NCBI GenBank assembly: GCA_964016885.1
Contig: OZ024744.1
Span: 41,540,001-41,604,000 of the forward strand
Direction of reading: 5' to 3'
From: Eledone cirrhosa
Lineage: Eukaryota
DNA length: 64,000 nucleotides
Positions 1 to 12,947 of this stretch are shown here, one piece after another (within the stretch, counting starts at the first letter, position 1; each line of letters opens with the position of its first letter). The notes beneath the pieces are model-generated. The model was not told the origin of the DNA and did no database searches. It worked only from the letters and a program-made list of their open reading frames with translations. The position numbers and the translations under genes were made by a program.

Positions 1-54
1 CATATCCACCGTAGAATAAGCTCAAAGATTCCAATGATCTGAGCGTTTTATATA

Positions 55-364
55 AACTAGAAATTGATTGACATATATATATATTTAAAATAAACACATG
101 AAACAATCACAGGGGATAATTTGTAAAGTGTGTAATCACACATAGCTAGGTAGGTAACTAATTAAAGTTTAACTAGAGCTTCAAATATTACCTTTTAAAG
201 GAGTATTAATCATTGTTTAAAAGGTAGTATATGAAGCTCTAGTTAAACTTTAATTAGTTACCTACCTAGCTATGTGTGATTACACACTTTACAAATTATC
301 CCCTGTGATTGTTTCATGTGTTTATTTTAAATATATATATGTATATGTCAATCAATTTCTAGTT
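55..364. repeat. Near-perfect fold-back (about 145-bp arms, about 17-nt loop); probable Penelope-type short element
   Basis: 55-199 (aactagaaattgattgac...taccttttaaa) is the reverse complement of 216-364 with few mismatches; followed by (TA)n. Confidence 0.85.
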
Positions 365-365
365 G

Positions 366-389
<24 letters not shown>

Positions 390-396
<7 letters not shown>

Positions 397-740
397 AGAA
401 AACGAAAAATCAGTGATGCATATGAACTCAATTTATTGTGTGTTACAATTGTTTCACCGGCAGACAGCTCGAGATGTGATCATTGTGTGGATCTGTCTGA
501 TTCTAGACCCGCAGGTTCGATGGACACGTCTAATGATTTCGGAGCATATTCTCTCTTGTGAGATCCACACAATGATCATGTCTCGAGCTGTCCGCTGGCG
601 AAACAATTGTAACACAATAAATTGAGTTCAGATGCATCACTGATTTTTCGTTTTCTATTCTATCATACTCTGCTCTGTAAGAGCAAAGAGTGCTCAACCG
701 ACATACCGCCTATGGAAGCATCTTAGTTACCATCATACAC
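390..740 (+). mobile_element. Fold-back short element in (TA)n (about 105-bp inverted arms plus unique tail), Penelope-like pseudo-LTR remnant
   Basis: 390-494 is inverted at 561-663. The arm contains GAAA-CAATTG-TA (3' half of a minimal hammerhead) followed by AATAAA. Flanked by (TA)n on both sides. Confidence 0.6.
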
Positions 741-757
741 ATATATATATATATATA

Positions 758-1217
758 ACTTTGATAGGTTTCGGCCAGTATTGGCCCAGGCCATGTCTAA
801 CTTAATAGCACCACCTGGCGAAATCTTACAAATCAGGGTTTGGGCACCATGGCCCACTCGAGCAGAGAGTTATTGTTTACGGAGACTTATCCGGGATTTC
901 TTGAAGGAATTTATCGAAAGACTTCTTGAACTTGATGGGGTCTGTCTCTGCTTTGATGTGTTTTGGTGTAATGTTAAAGAGTGCAGGGCCAATTAAGGTG
1001 AAATAATTGTGCTGTATTGTTGTTATGTGATGCGAGTAAGATTTTTGTCGTGGGCGGATAGCATGGGGCCCAAGCCTTGGGTGTACACTAAAGGTGATGC
1101 CAACATCATACAGATAATGTAGCGCTCACGGCGACGTTGGAGAGAATAAGGTTTGAGCTTTTCTAATCGACTCCAATAGTCAAGGCCTGTCATGCCAACT
1201 ATCATTTTTGTAATTGA
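758..1217 (-). mobile_element. CR1/L2-group LINE 3' fragment
   Basis: Minus-strand peptide GLDYWSRLEKLKPYSLQRRRERY matches the typical CR1-group ORF2 C-terminal motif (Y..RL..L.L.SL..RR.R). Confidence 0.75.
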
Positions 1218-1254
1218 AAATATATATATATATATACATACATATATATGTATA

Positions 1255-3054
1255 TCATCATCATCATCATCATCATCAACGTTTAACGTCCGTGTTCCAC
1301 GCTTGCATGGGTTTGGACGGGGGTAGTCCCACTTGAGGCAAGAGTGATTGTCTTGCTCGCATAGGACTGTCTGGCAGGTTTTCTACAGTTGGATGCCCTT
1401 CCTAACACCAACCACATTTACAGTGTGGGTCTGGGAGGTTTTTACCGTGTTGCCTACACAGCCACATTACAGCGTGGACTGTGTGTTTTTGTGTCGTGAC
1501 ACCTACACGATCTCATTTGTTTCGGCCTGGATGGCGCGGCACCAACATAACTTTACATAGAACAGGGTGGTGTGGATGGGGTGGGGTGGTGGGGGTGGGA
1601 CGGGGTGTATTTTGTTAGAGATGCCTACTGGCTGGAGTAGGTTTTACTATATATTTAGGTAAGGCGGGTCTTCTCTGTTACTGAGTACCGCCAAAGGTCT
1701 TGGTCCAGTGACATTGTCTTGGAGAGGTGTAAGTGTGTGATGTCGGAGTTTATCAGCTCGTCCCAGGTTTTCTAGGTCTGCCTATTCCGTGGCTACCGTC
1801 TATCTTTATTGCCCTGCACTTTGTTATACAGCTATCGACTTTCATGCGCATCACGTGTCCATACCAACGTAGCCTTCTCTCGAGTAAACAACATCTGATC
1901 CCTCTTATCTCTAATTTTTTCCTTAGTTTGTTTATGCTTTGCCGTTCACGTATATTACTGTTACACATCCAGCGGAGCATGCAAGCTTCGTTCCTCTCTA
2001 GTCTGCGTATATCCTCTGCACACAATGCCCAGGTCTCACTGCCATGCAGCATTGCTGTTCGTATGCAGGCATCGTACAACCTGCCTTTCATTTTTAGGGA
2101 GAACCCTTTAGCAGCTAATAGTGGTATAAGCTCTCTGAACTTTTTCCAACCAGTTCTGACTCTAGCTACAGTACTTTCAGAGCACCCTCCCCCACTGCTG
2201 ATTTTATCGCCCAGGTAACGGAAGCTGTCCACTATTTCTATAGAACCCTCTGCGCAATTGAAAGAGCTAGTATTTTGTGGGCACTTGCTGCTACTTATTG
2301 CACCAGAACACCGGCCACATGTAAAATCTATGTTCTTAGTTAGCTTACCTGTGATCCCACTACATCTTTTATGCACCCATACTTTGCATTTAGGACATAA
2401 CATGGAGTTTCTACCTACGCCTTTCCTACACACAGAGCACGACCATTTCCCAGAAGGGACCGCCGCTTTGTTTTCTTTCCTACAAACTAGAACTTTGGTC
2501 TTAGCCAGGTTAATTTTAAGTCCTTTTGACTCTAGGCCGTGCTTCCATGTTTGGAATTTCTTCTCTAGCTCGGCCATTGATTCCGCTATGAGTGTCAGGT
2601 CGTCTGCGTATAGGAGTTCCCATGGGCAGCCTGTCTTGAACTCCTCTGTTATAGCCTGAAGGGCAATGATAAATAGTAGGGGGCTGAGAACAGAGCCCTG
2701 ATGGACGCCAACTTTTACGCTAAACTCTTCACTATATTCGTTGTTAATTCTAACCTTGCTGACTGTTTCTTTATACATGGCTTGTATAGCTCCCACAAGC
2801 CATTCGTCAACGCCTAGTTTTCTAAGAGCCCACCAGATAATGGAGCGGGGGACTCTGTCGAAGGCTTTCTCCAAGTCGACAAAAGCTAAGTAGAGGGGTT
2901 TACCTTTAGCTAGGTACTTCTCCTGTAGTTGTCGTACTATGAAAAGAGCGTCTGTGGTACTTTTGCCTGACACAAACCCGAACTGCATTTCATCTAGGTC
3001 AATTCTCTCTCTGATTAGTTGCGCTATTACTTTTTCCGTGACCTTCATGACCTG
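1255..3054 (-). mobile_element. RTE-clade LINE (family A), 5'-truncated, open RT frame
   Basis: RT motifs QFGF, FVDLEKAFDRVP, GVHQGSVLSPLLF, LLYADD, FRYLG and LRWYGHV; about 500-nt 3' UTR and (GAT)n tail. The N-terminus of ORF 1753..3381 is microsatellite and not part of the element. Confidence 0.95.
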
Positions 3055-3080
3055 TATATATATAATATATATGTATATAT

Positions 3081-3133
<53 letters not shown>

Positions 3134-3166
3134 CATATATATAAATATATATATACATATATATAA

Positions 3167-3211
<45 letters not shown>

Positions 3212-3686
3212 GAGAGAGAGAGAGAGCGAGAGAGAGAAAGAGAGATAGATAGAAATAGATGTGTGAATAATGACCAATGCAATGAGAAAAACATTTGCAA
3301 ATCTATTGGCTTACTAAAACTATTTACAGATAAATGACATCCTCGTCTTCTGGAAATTTTCATGATGGCATTGTTGAGCATGATGCAGCTTGAATTGGCA
3401 GCTAATAAATATATCGATAACTAACTAGTGCTTACAAAAGTACTAGAAGACCCAGCAGAAAGCCACTTAAATTCCTTCAGAAATTCATATATTTTTCAAC
3501 TAAGACGTGTCTTTAACAGATATAGAAAATAAATATATAAGCAATTAAATTTTGGGGTTATATTTTTTTTTGCTCTCATCACTGTTCAAATATCTTCCCA
3601 TATAAGCATATAACAGTAGGAATGTTGATGTTGTAGTCATTATTGTTGTTGCTCTTGTTGGTCTAGTCTATATTGTTGTTGTTATG

Positions 3687-3721
<35 letters not shown>

Positions 3722-4048
3722 CATTGTTGTTGTTGAGTTGTTTTGGTTGTTAGCATGATTTATATCTACTTAGTGCAAGATGGTCTTGACTTTAAGTAGC
3801 TGTCTCAACTAAGGACACAATTCATTGATAAAGGCATTATATAAAGCTAATCTCATCTCACCTCAGTTGGCTGTTCAGCTCCATATTAACTGAGACATTG
3901 TTGTTGTTTTATTATTATTATTATAGTTGTTGTTGTGGTTATTGAGTACTTTCAACCAGTTCTGCTAATTCAGAACTGCAGCTTAAAAGCAGCTGAACTG
4001 AATGTTTCGGTCTTATCTGGAACACACTAATTATAAGTTGTTGTTATA

Positions 4049-4152
<104 letters not shown>

Positions 4153-4209
4153 AAGAGAGAAGGGGGGGGGGGGAGAAACAGTGCAGCCTTTACTGGTAAA
4201 TCTATGTAG

Positions 4210-4340
4210 ATGTGTTGACTTTGTATGACTGGTTTCAGGTTCAGTGCCACAGCATGGCACATTTGATCACTGTCTTCTACTATAACCTTAGGCTGACTAA
4301 TGTCTTGTGAGTGAAATTCAGTAGCCTATCACGTACATAC
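4210..4340 (+). mobile_element. Degenerate tRNA-derived SINE (third SINE family; other decayed copies near 20700-20815 and 44110-44280 on the minus strand)
   Basis: B-box-like ggttcagtgcc followed by the body tgtcttctactataaccttaggctgactaatgtcttgtgagtg, shared among the copies. Confidence 0.5.
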
Positions 4341-4351
4341 ACACATACATA

Positions 4352-4502
4352 CATGGTGGCTGCCAATTCGTTTTCGAGTACGGCCACTACTTTATATCTA
4401 TGCAGTAGAACCCCTACCAATGCGCTGAGCGAGGGTGACTTTTTAGTCCAGCCAGCGACTTGAAAATTCTGGTACAAACACGACACTTGTGACAACCATT
4501 GT
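4352..4502 (-). mobile_element. 3' fragment of the non-autonomous RTE-type element described at 23669-24289
   Basis: Near identity to 23669-23810; (TATG)n tail. Confidence 0.8.
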
Positions 4503-4542
4503 ACATACATACATAGATACATACACATATACATACATACAT

Positions 4543-5390
4543 TAACACAAAATACCTGATTCATAAAAGAGATAGGGATGCAGGCAAAACACTTAGATGT
4601 GATAACAAGTGCAGACTCTACAGAACTAACATCGAGGATATCACCCATGTCATCACCAGCTATCCAAAGATGTCATCGCGGTACTATCTACCTATGAGGC
4701 ATGATGTAGTGGCCAAAATCACTGTACAATGCAGTTCGTAAAAAAGATAGCCCCGATAATAAACACATTAAAAGCTACAGCAATGTGGAAGACATCCATG
4801 TACATAATATGAAAGAGTACTGGTGGAATGTTCCAGTAAAAACCCCAATAAAATGCAGGCATAACAGACAAGATATTATGATATGGGACAGGGAGAAGAA
4901 AACATGCACAGTAGTGGAAATTAGATGCCCAGCAGATGCCAATATAATATCAAAGATTAGTGAAAAGGAGAATATTTATGCAGAACTGATGAGAAATCTG
5001 CAGATACTCCACCCTGATTACACCTTCAGATTTATGCCTGTGATTATTGGGGCACTGGGATATGTTAGTAACTGCCTCAATACAAATCTTGAGAAGCTAG
5101 GCTTCACAGGGACAGAAGGAACACAACTAGTTAGGAAATTACAAGTACAATCCATTAATGGAACAGTAAAAATATGTAAAACATTCCAAAAATGTTTCAT
5201 CTAATAACTGCATATACACATGTACAGATACAAAGCATATACACATGCACACATACAACTCAAAACATGCATACATACAAACATTCCAAAAATGTTGCAT
5301 TTAATAACTGTATATACACATGTACAGATGCAAAGCATATACAGATGCACATATACAACTCAAAAAATACACATCCACACATACAATAAC
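4543..5390 (+). mobile_element. R4/Dong-like (restriction-like endonuclease) LINE 3' fragment with a tandemly duplicated 3' end
   Basis: Peptides CRL..NIEDITHV, RYYLPMRHD, HNRQDIMIWD, VVEIRCP, KENIY and PVIIGALG; the last ~100 bp are duplicated (about 5178 and 5279); flanked by (TACA)n. Confidence 0.85.
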
Positions 5391-5884
5391 ATAGGACAGG
5401 GAAGGTTCTTCATTCAAGTCAATGAGCTGACAACCTTTCTAGATTAGTGCCATCATGAAATGCACCTAGTATAACTTGCAAATCAGCTGGCATTAGTAAA
5501 AGCATCCAGCCATAGAAATTATGCCAAAAATATTTTAGAGGACTCTTCAGTCATGACAACCACCTTAGTGCTGGTGCCATAAGATATACAGTACACTCTG
5601 TAAAATTGGTAGGCAGCATGAAGGGCATCTAGCTGTAGAAATTAAGCCAAAACTGAAATTTTGCAAGCTATGCTGCTTCCCAGCTTGTTTGAGAGGACAG
5701 TTTCTCTTATTAAGAACTTACTTGGTCTGTAATAACCCATCAAATCAAGCCAGTAAGGAAAAATGGGCATAATATAATGATGGTGATGGTTATGCTATAT
5801 ATACATATATTCAAGCTGAATGTGTTAATGTCATTATAGTTAGAATCAGAAATTCAGACGAGATGTTTTAAGAATAGTAGAGAT

Positions 5885-8800
5885 TCATCATCATCATCAT
5901 CATCTTCGTTTAACGTCCATTTTCCACGCTAGCATGGGTTAGATGGGAGTTGTCCCAATTTAAGTCAAGGTTGGTCGGGTGACCGTGTCTTGCTCGTATA
6001 GGACTATCTGGCAGGTTTTCTATGGCTGGATGACCTTCCTAACACCAACCACATTTACAGTGTGGAACTGGGAACTTTTTACTGTGTTATCTACACGGCC
6101 ACATTACAGCGTGGACTGTGTGTTATCTGTCGTGACATCTACACAATCTCGATCTCATTATCTCGTTTAAGGGCGGTGGATTGGCAGTATCAGTAGAGGG
6201 TTTGACGCCATGCTTTCCAGCATAGTTATGTCCCTTTACGATCTGAGTTCAAATCCCGCCGAGGTTGACTTTGCCTTTCATCCTTACGGGGTCGATAAAA
6301 TAAAGTACCAGTAATGCACTGGTTAATTGCTGGCCTTGTGCCTAAAGTAGAAACAATTATCTCATTTAAGGGCGATGTTAAGGGCGGCGGATTGGCAGTA
6401 TCGGTAGAGGGTCGGACGCCATGCTTTCCAGCATAGTTACGTCCCTTTATGATCTGAGTTCAAATCCCGCCGAGGTTAACGTTGCCTTTCATCCTTACGG
6501 GGTCGATAAAATAAAGTACCAGTAATGCACTGGGATAATTGCTGGCCTTGTGCCTAAAGTAGAAACAATTATCTCATTTATTTGGACTGGATGTTGTGAT
6601 ACCAACTTTACAGAGAGAGAGTGGTGTTGGTGGGAGTGGGAGGATAGGGTAGGGGTAGTGGATTGTGATGTATATTTGGTTAAGAGGTGCCTACTGACTG
6701 TAGGTTTCGCTTTGTACATAGGCAAGGCGGGTCTTCTGTATTACTGCGTAGCCCCAAAGATCTCGGTCCAGTGACATTGTCTTAGAGAGGTGCAAGTGTG
6801 TAAGGTGGTCGGAATTTATTAGATCGTCCCAGGTTTTTCTGGGTCTACCTACTCCGTAACTACCATCAATTTTATCGCCCTGCACTTTTTTATACAGCTG
6901 TCGTCGTTCATCCGCATTACATGGCCATACCAACGTAGTCTTCTCTCAAGTAAACAGCATCTGATCACTCTTATTTCTAATGTCTCACTTAGTTCATTTA
7001 TGATTTGCCATTCACGTATATTACTATTACACATCCAACGAAGCATGCATGCTTCGTTCCTTTCCAGTCAGCGTATATCCTCTGCACGTAATGCCCATGT
7101 CTCACTGCCATGTAGCATTGCTGTTCATATACAAGGATCCTTACAATCTGCCTTTCATTTTTAGAGAGAAAAATGTTTGTGGCCAACAGCGGTATAAGCT
7201 CTCTGAACTTTTTCCATCCCGTTCTGACTCTGGCTACCGTACTTTCAGAACACCCTCCACCACTGCTGATTTCGTCACCCAGGTAACGGAAAGTGTCTAC
7301 TATTTCTATAGAACCATCTGGGCAATAGAAGGAGCTAGTATCATGTGGACACTTGCTACTTATTGCACCTGAGCATCGGCCACATATAAAGTCTACGTTC
7401 TTAGATAGTTTACCTGTGATCCCACTACATCTTTTATGTACCCATACTTTGCATTTGGGACATAAAATGGAATTTCTGCCTACTCCTTTCCTACACACTG
7501 AGCATGGCCATTTCCCTGAGGGCACCTGTGCCCTATTTTCCTTTCTACAAACTAGAACTTTAGTCTTAGACAAGTTAACTTTAAGGCCTTTTGATTCTAG
7601 ACCATGCTTCCATGTTTCGAATTTCTTCTCTAGTTCAGCCATTGATTCAGCTATGAGCGTTAGATCATGTGCGTATAGGAGTTCCCATGGGTAGCCGGTC
7701 TTGAACTCCTCTGTTATAGCCTGAAGGGCAATAATAAATAGGAGGGGGCTAAGGATAGAGCCTTGATGAACGCCAACTTTTACACTAAATTCTTCACAAT
7801 ATTCATTGTTAATTCTAACCTTACTGACTGTTTCATTATACATAGCTTGTATAGCTCTCACAAGCCATTCATCTACACCTAGTTTTCTAAGAGCCCACCA
7901 GATAATGTAGCAGGGGACTCTGTCAAAGGCTTTCTCAGGGTCTACAAAAGCTAAGTAGAGGGGTTTACTTTTAGCTAGGTACTTCTCTTGTAGTTGTTGT
8001 ACAAGGAAAAGAGCGTCTGTGCTACTTTTACCTGACACAAACCCAAACTGCATTTCATCTAGATCAATTCGCTCTCTGATAGGTTGCACTATAACTCTTT
8101 CTGTGACCTTCATGACCTGGTCAACTAACTTAATGCCTCTATAGTTTCCCCTATCTAGAGCATCCCCTTTACCTTGTAGCAGTTAATGATGATGCTGCTA
8201 CCCCAGTCTTTCGGTATGACCCCATTCTGTATTACTTGGTTAACTATACAGGTGACCGTAGTGTGCCCCACGATACCAGATGCCTTCAACATCTCAGCAA
8301 CTATCTCCAAAGGCCCAGCTGCCTTGCCTGTCTTCATATCTTTGATTGCCTTACTTATTATACTACCTTTAACTTGCACCGCTGGTCCTTCTATTGGATC
8401 GATTTGGGGCAGACTATCTTTTTCCCATTTATTGTCCTCATTTAACAGTCTCTCGTAGTGACACTTCCAGGCTATCTTCTTATCAGTATCAGTGAGCATA
8501 AGTACACCGTTATCATTATGGACACACTTCTCCCCGACAATATCACGGTTTTCCTTGACACATTGTCTAGCAATCCTGAACACCTCACGTTTTTGGTCCT
8601 CACGTTGTAGAACATGCTTGAACTTTCTATCTTCTGCTACCCTTTTTGCAAGGTACACTTGTCTCCTAGCTTCTCTCCTGGCCACTTGATAGTGCTCTCT
8701 ACTTCCCCCATCCTTCCATACTTTCCAAGCCTGCTTTTTGGCCTTGGTTATCTCTTCCATCTTACTGATCCACCACCAAGTTACTCTCCTCCTGCCAATA

Positions 8801-10620
8801 GGTCTGCTCCAGCTACAGATTTCATTCGTTGCTTTCAGCAGGTTCGCTTTCAAGAATTGCCACTGTTCCTCTATATCACACGTCTCTAATTGCTCTTCCT
8901 TATTTTCAAAGGCATCAAGTAATAAGCTTTTAAATTTGTCACTGGATATGGGGTCCTTCAACTTCCATATTCTTCTCCTCAAGGTAGGCCTCTTCTTTCG
9001 TCGAGTATGTCTATTCCTAACTATGAGGTCACTAACTACTAGGCTATGTTGGGAGGTGCATTCTTCACGGGGGAGGGATTTAGTGTTTACAACAGACACT
9101 TTGTCACGTCTGTCTTCTAGTAAGGATATAATATATCTGGCTGGCGTGTTCCCCTGATCTATAGGTGATCAAGTGGTTTTCACGTTTTTTGAAGTTTGTG
9201 TTACAGATAGTTAGGCTATTTGCGTCACAGAATTCCAGGATTCTGAAGCCCTCCTCATTTCTATTTCCAACCCCATAGCCTCCATGGATTCCATCATAGC
9301 CATCACTATGTTGTCCAACATGACTGTTTAGATCGCCAGCAATAATTAAGTAGTTGCTGTCGGTTATTTGGGAGGTAGTGTGCATTAGCATCTCATAGAA
9401 CCTGTCCTTTATAACGTCAAGTAGACCAGTTTGTGGTGCATAAACGGATATTATTGTCACAGTAGTTCTATTTAGAACTAGTCTTAATTTAATTATTCTG
9501 TCATTCACTCTATTTACGTCAATTACCTTATCTACCCATTTTTCAGCTAACATAATTCCTACACCACCCAGTCTGTTGTCATTTCCCACCCAGAGAAGTT
9601 TATAGCATCGTTTTTTACTCACGATGAATCGGGCAAACATCAACAACAAACATCAACAACAAACATGAACTTCTTTATGTTCAAGCATCTCTACAACCTC
9701 ATTTGAGCGACCTTTCAATGTGCCTACGTTCATGGTACCAACTCTGAAGTTGGGAGGGTGGGATGGATGGGTTGGAGGGGTAGGGACGAGTGTGGGAGAC
9801 GGAATTTTGTTGGTCATCCGTGTCTGAAATAAAGAAGGGTCCTTATATTCTCGTCTTGCAGCGGGAGGTGAATTTATCTTTATCTGTGACATTGTCATTG
9901 AGTACTTAGACTTTTCAAATTTCCGCAGTCAACCCATCAAACAGGTCTAAACTTAAGGAGTAGTAACCGAGGTGGTAGCTTTGCTATACTGATTTGTTAG
10001 AGAACTTACTAAAGCCGCTGAGTTATGATTGGACCATATAGCAATGGTGGTGAGTGGAGGCGGGCAGGAAATGGGTAACTTTAGGAGAAGGTTAGTTTTT
10101 AGGAAGTGTCCAACAGATTGAGACCTATTAAAAACATGTAACATAATAATTGAAAATCAGAGAGGAAAACAGAAAATTTAAATTTTAGACTAGCATAAAC
10201 AAGAGTTTAAAACACTGCTTATTGAGAAGACTACGGATAAAAGAAAAGACAAGTATTGCTTACATTCTCAAAATCGACAGATCGCCCGTAAGATAGATTA
10301 GATAGATAAATTCTGTCCTTGGGAACCAGTAAGATTTATTTTATACTTGCGATCAGGTGGGGGGCGGGGTATGAGAGAAGGAGCAAAGTGTTTACAAAGT
10401 TAGGGAGCGAGATGCAGGAAGGTTCTAGAATAATTATTTAATAATAATACTAGAAGGTTAGTTTTTAGGAAGGGTCCAACAGAAAGAGGCATATTATTAA
10501 AAATATGTAAAATATTAATTGAAAGTCCGAGAGGAAAACGGAGAATTTGACTTCTAGACTGGCATAAATAGGAGTTTAAAACACTATGATTATGGCTATA
10601 AAATAACACAGAGCATACCA
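5885..10620 (-). mobile_element. Near full-length RTE-clade LINE (family A), frameshifted
   Basis: APE endonuclease motifs (RVGTMNVGTL, SVYAPQ, AGDLNSHVG, SQHSLV) plus RT and PHD finger across ORFs 9653..9898, 9104..9649, 8155..9099 and 6998..8113; (GAT)n tail. The 5' boundary is uncertain (a ~130-bp duplication lies at 10088 and 10453). Confidence 0.92.
6171..6571 (+). mobile_element. Two tandem Meta-type tRNA-derived SINEs inserted in the RTE 3' UTR
   Basis: A box tggcagtatc(a/g)g, B box gagttcaaatcc and core gactttgcctttcatccttacggggtcgataaaataaagtaccag; the target sequence atctcattta is repeated around the copies. Confidence 0.85.
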
Positions 10621-10867
10621 AACAATATAAGATAACAGAGTTGAATCCTAAAACCATTTAATAACATTACAAATGCTTTAATGCAACTTAATCGAGTAAT
10701 ACTTATATTATTTCAATTTAGTTAAAGAGGGAAAATATCTAATATAACAAAGCCTTATGAAATATTGTACATCTTCAAAAACATTATAATTAATTAAAGA
10801 TGTAGACCTCTGAAAGTACAACTTTTCATTTGGGCTTACTGAATCCCGGGTCACCATATAATCATTT

Positions 10868-11018
10868 ATAGGAGGTGGTGAGAGAAGACCTCAGATCACT
10901 GAACCTCACGGAGGAGATGACGAAGGACAGTGACAAGTGGAAAGATGCTGTGCTGAATAGGACTCGTCCCACCCCTGCAAGCAGGGAAAAGCGGGCGTAA
11001 AATGATGATGATGATGAT
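10868..11018 (+). mobile_element. RTE family B 3' end
   Basis: Matches the reverse complement of 12917-13080; (GAT)n tail. Confidence 0.85.
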
Positions 11019-11990
11019 CATCATCATCATCAGCATCATAATCATCGTTTAATGTCTATCTTCCACGCTACCATGGGTTAGATGGGTTTGTCCCATTTGA
11101 GGCATATTGGGTCGGGTGACCATTTCTCGCTCATATAAGATTGTTTTGGGCTGGGCTGGTTTTCTACAGCTGGATGCCCTTCCTAATGCAAACCACATTT
11201 ACAGTGTGTGCTGGGAGCTTTTTGCTGTGTCTCCTTCATGACCACTTTACAGTGTGGACTGGGTGCTTTTTTTCATGACACATACATGACTACTTTACAG
11301 TGTGGGCTGGATGTTTTGTGGTATCAACATAACTTTACAGAGTAAGACTCGTGTGCGTGGAAGTGGGAGGGAGGTGTGGGGGATGTGGGGGGTGTATATT
11401 GGATTAAGAGGTGCCTACTAACTGTAGGTTTAAGTCCATGCACAAGGGAAGGGTGGTCTTCTGTATTACTGCAAAACACCAAAGATCGCGATCGTGTGTC
11501 TTAGAGAGGTGCAAGTGTGCAAGATCAGCTTTTATCACCTCATTCCACGTCTTCCTGGGCTTACCTACTCCATAGCTTCCATTAATTGATCACCCTGCAC
11601 TTTTTTATACAGCTGTCATCTTTATATATATCACATGGCCAGACCAACACAATCTGCTCTCAAGTAAACTGCTTCTGATCCCTCTTATGCCTAATTTCTC
11701 ACTTAGTTTGTTTACACTTTGCTGTTCATGTATATTACTATTACAATTCTATCAGAGCATACACATTTTATTCCTTTCTATCCTGCACTGATCCTCTGCA
11801 CACAATGCCCAGATCTCACTACCATGTAACATTGCTGTTTGTATACAAGCATCATACAATCTGCCTTTAATTTTTAGAGAGAAACCTATGTGGCCAACAG
11901 CGGTAGTAGATCTCTGAACTTTTTCCATTCCATTCTTACTCTGACTGCTGTATTTCCAGAACACCCTCCTCCACAGCTGATTTTGTCACG
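11018..11990 (-). mobile_element. Degenerate RTE family A 3' fragment
   Basis: Peptide GRLYDACIQTAMLHGSEIWAL and the same 3' UTR as 1255-1750. Confidence 0.85.
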
Positions 11991-12361
11991 CAGTTATATA
12001 TATATTGTATTAATTTATCTATTCCACATTTGTGTGTTGCATTTGATTATAACAATTGTTCTGTCCCATATCAGTATATTGATATTTTATCTTGCTTCCT
12101 TATTAAATGTGTTGTAATTTGTATCCAGCATTTGTTGTGTTTTCATCCTAAATAACTATACTACTTTATATACTATTGATGAACTGAGAAGTATAGTTCT
12201 GTCTTTAAAGCATCTGGAACTATAATAATTCCCAGAAGACAGTCAACAAGCAGGAACTGTCCATGTGTCTGTCTTTCTGTCTTTTCCAAATTTCTGTCCT
12301 TTATATGCCGAAAGTGTGTTTTTAATAATAATAATAATAATAATATATATATATATATATA

Positions 12362-12632
12362 GTCTAAAGTCTGTCTTAAGCCAGAAGGCCCATTAGCACG
12401 GTGCTTATCCCGGTTTCATGGCGTGAAGCGACTGAGAGTACAAGACTTCCCCCTGTACAGAACGCCAGTCCATCGCAGGGTTAAACACCCAGCTATTGCT
12501 GGTACTCATTTTCAGCTGAGAATAATGGAGCAATGTGAAATGAAATATTTTGCTGAAGAACGCAACATGCAACCTAGAAATTGAACCCACGACATTATGA
12601 TCATAAGTCCAACACTCTTACCACTAAGTCAC
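12362..12632 (-). mobile_element. CORE-type tRNA SINE with an alternative 3' region
   Basis: Minus strand reads gacttagtggtaagag (A box), gggttcaattt (B box), CORE-like body, then gcgatggactggcg...gaaaccgggataagc tail. Confidence 0.7.
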
Positions 12633-12760
12633 AAAAGTTATTGAAACAGTTACTACTTTTTATTTTTCATCATGTATTTTCTGTTTGCTGCAGGTTAAAT
12701 CTGTCAAACCAACGTGGTCTTTCTACCCTCATAATTTTAAACACACAATTTACTCTGTTA

Positions 12761-12890
<130 letters not shown>

Positions 12891-12915
12891 ATATATATAT
12901 ATATTATATATATAT

Positions 12916-12916
<1 letters not shown>

Positions 12917-12947
<31 letters not shown>

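Noticed and set aside
1733-2659. Plus-strand ORFs overlapping RTE copies (also 7049-8889, 12977-14697 and 49523)
   Set aside because: Antisense shadows of the RT coding strand
5870-10860. Target-site duplication and 5' ribozyme for the near full-length RTE
   Set aside because: No match to the 3' flank and no HDV-like fold found by eye; 5' boundary left approximate
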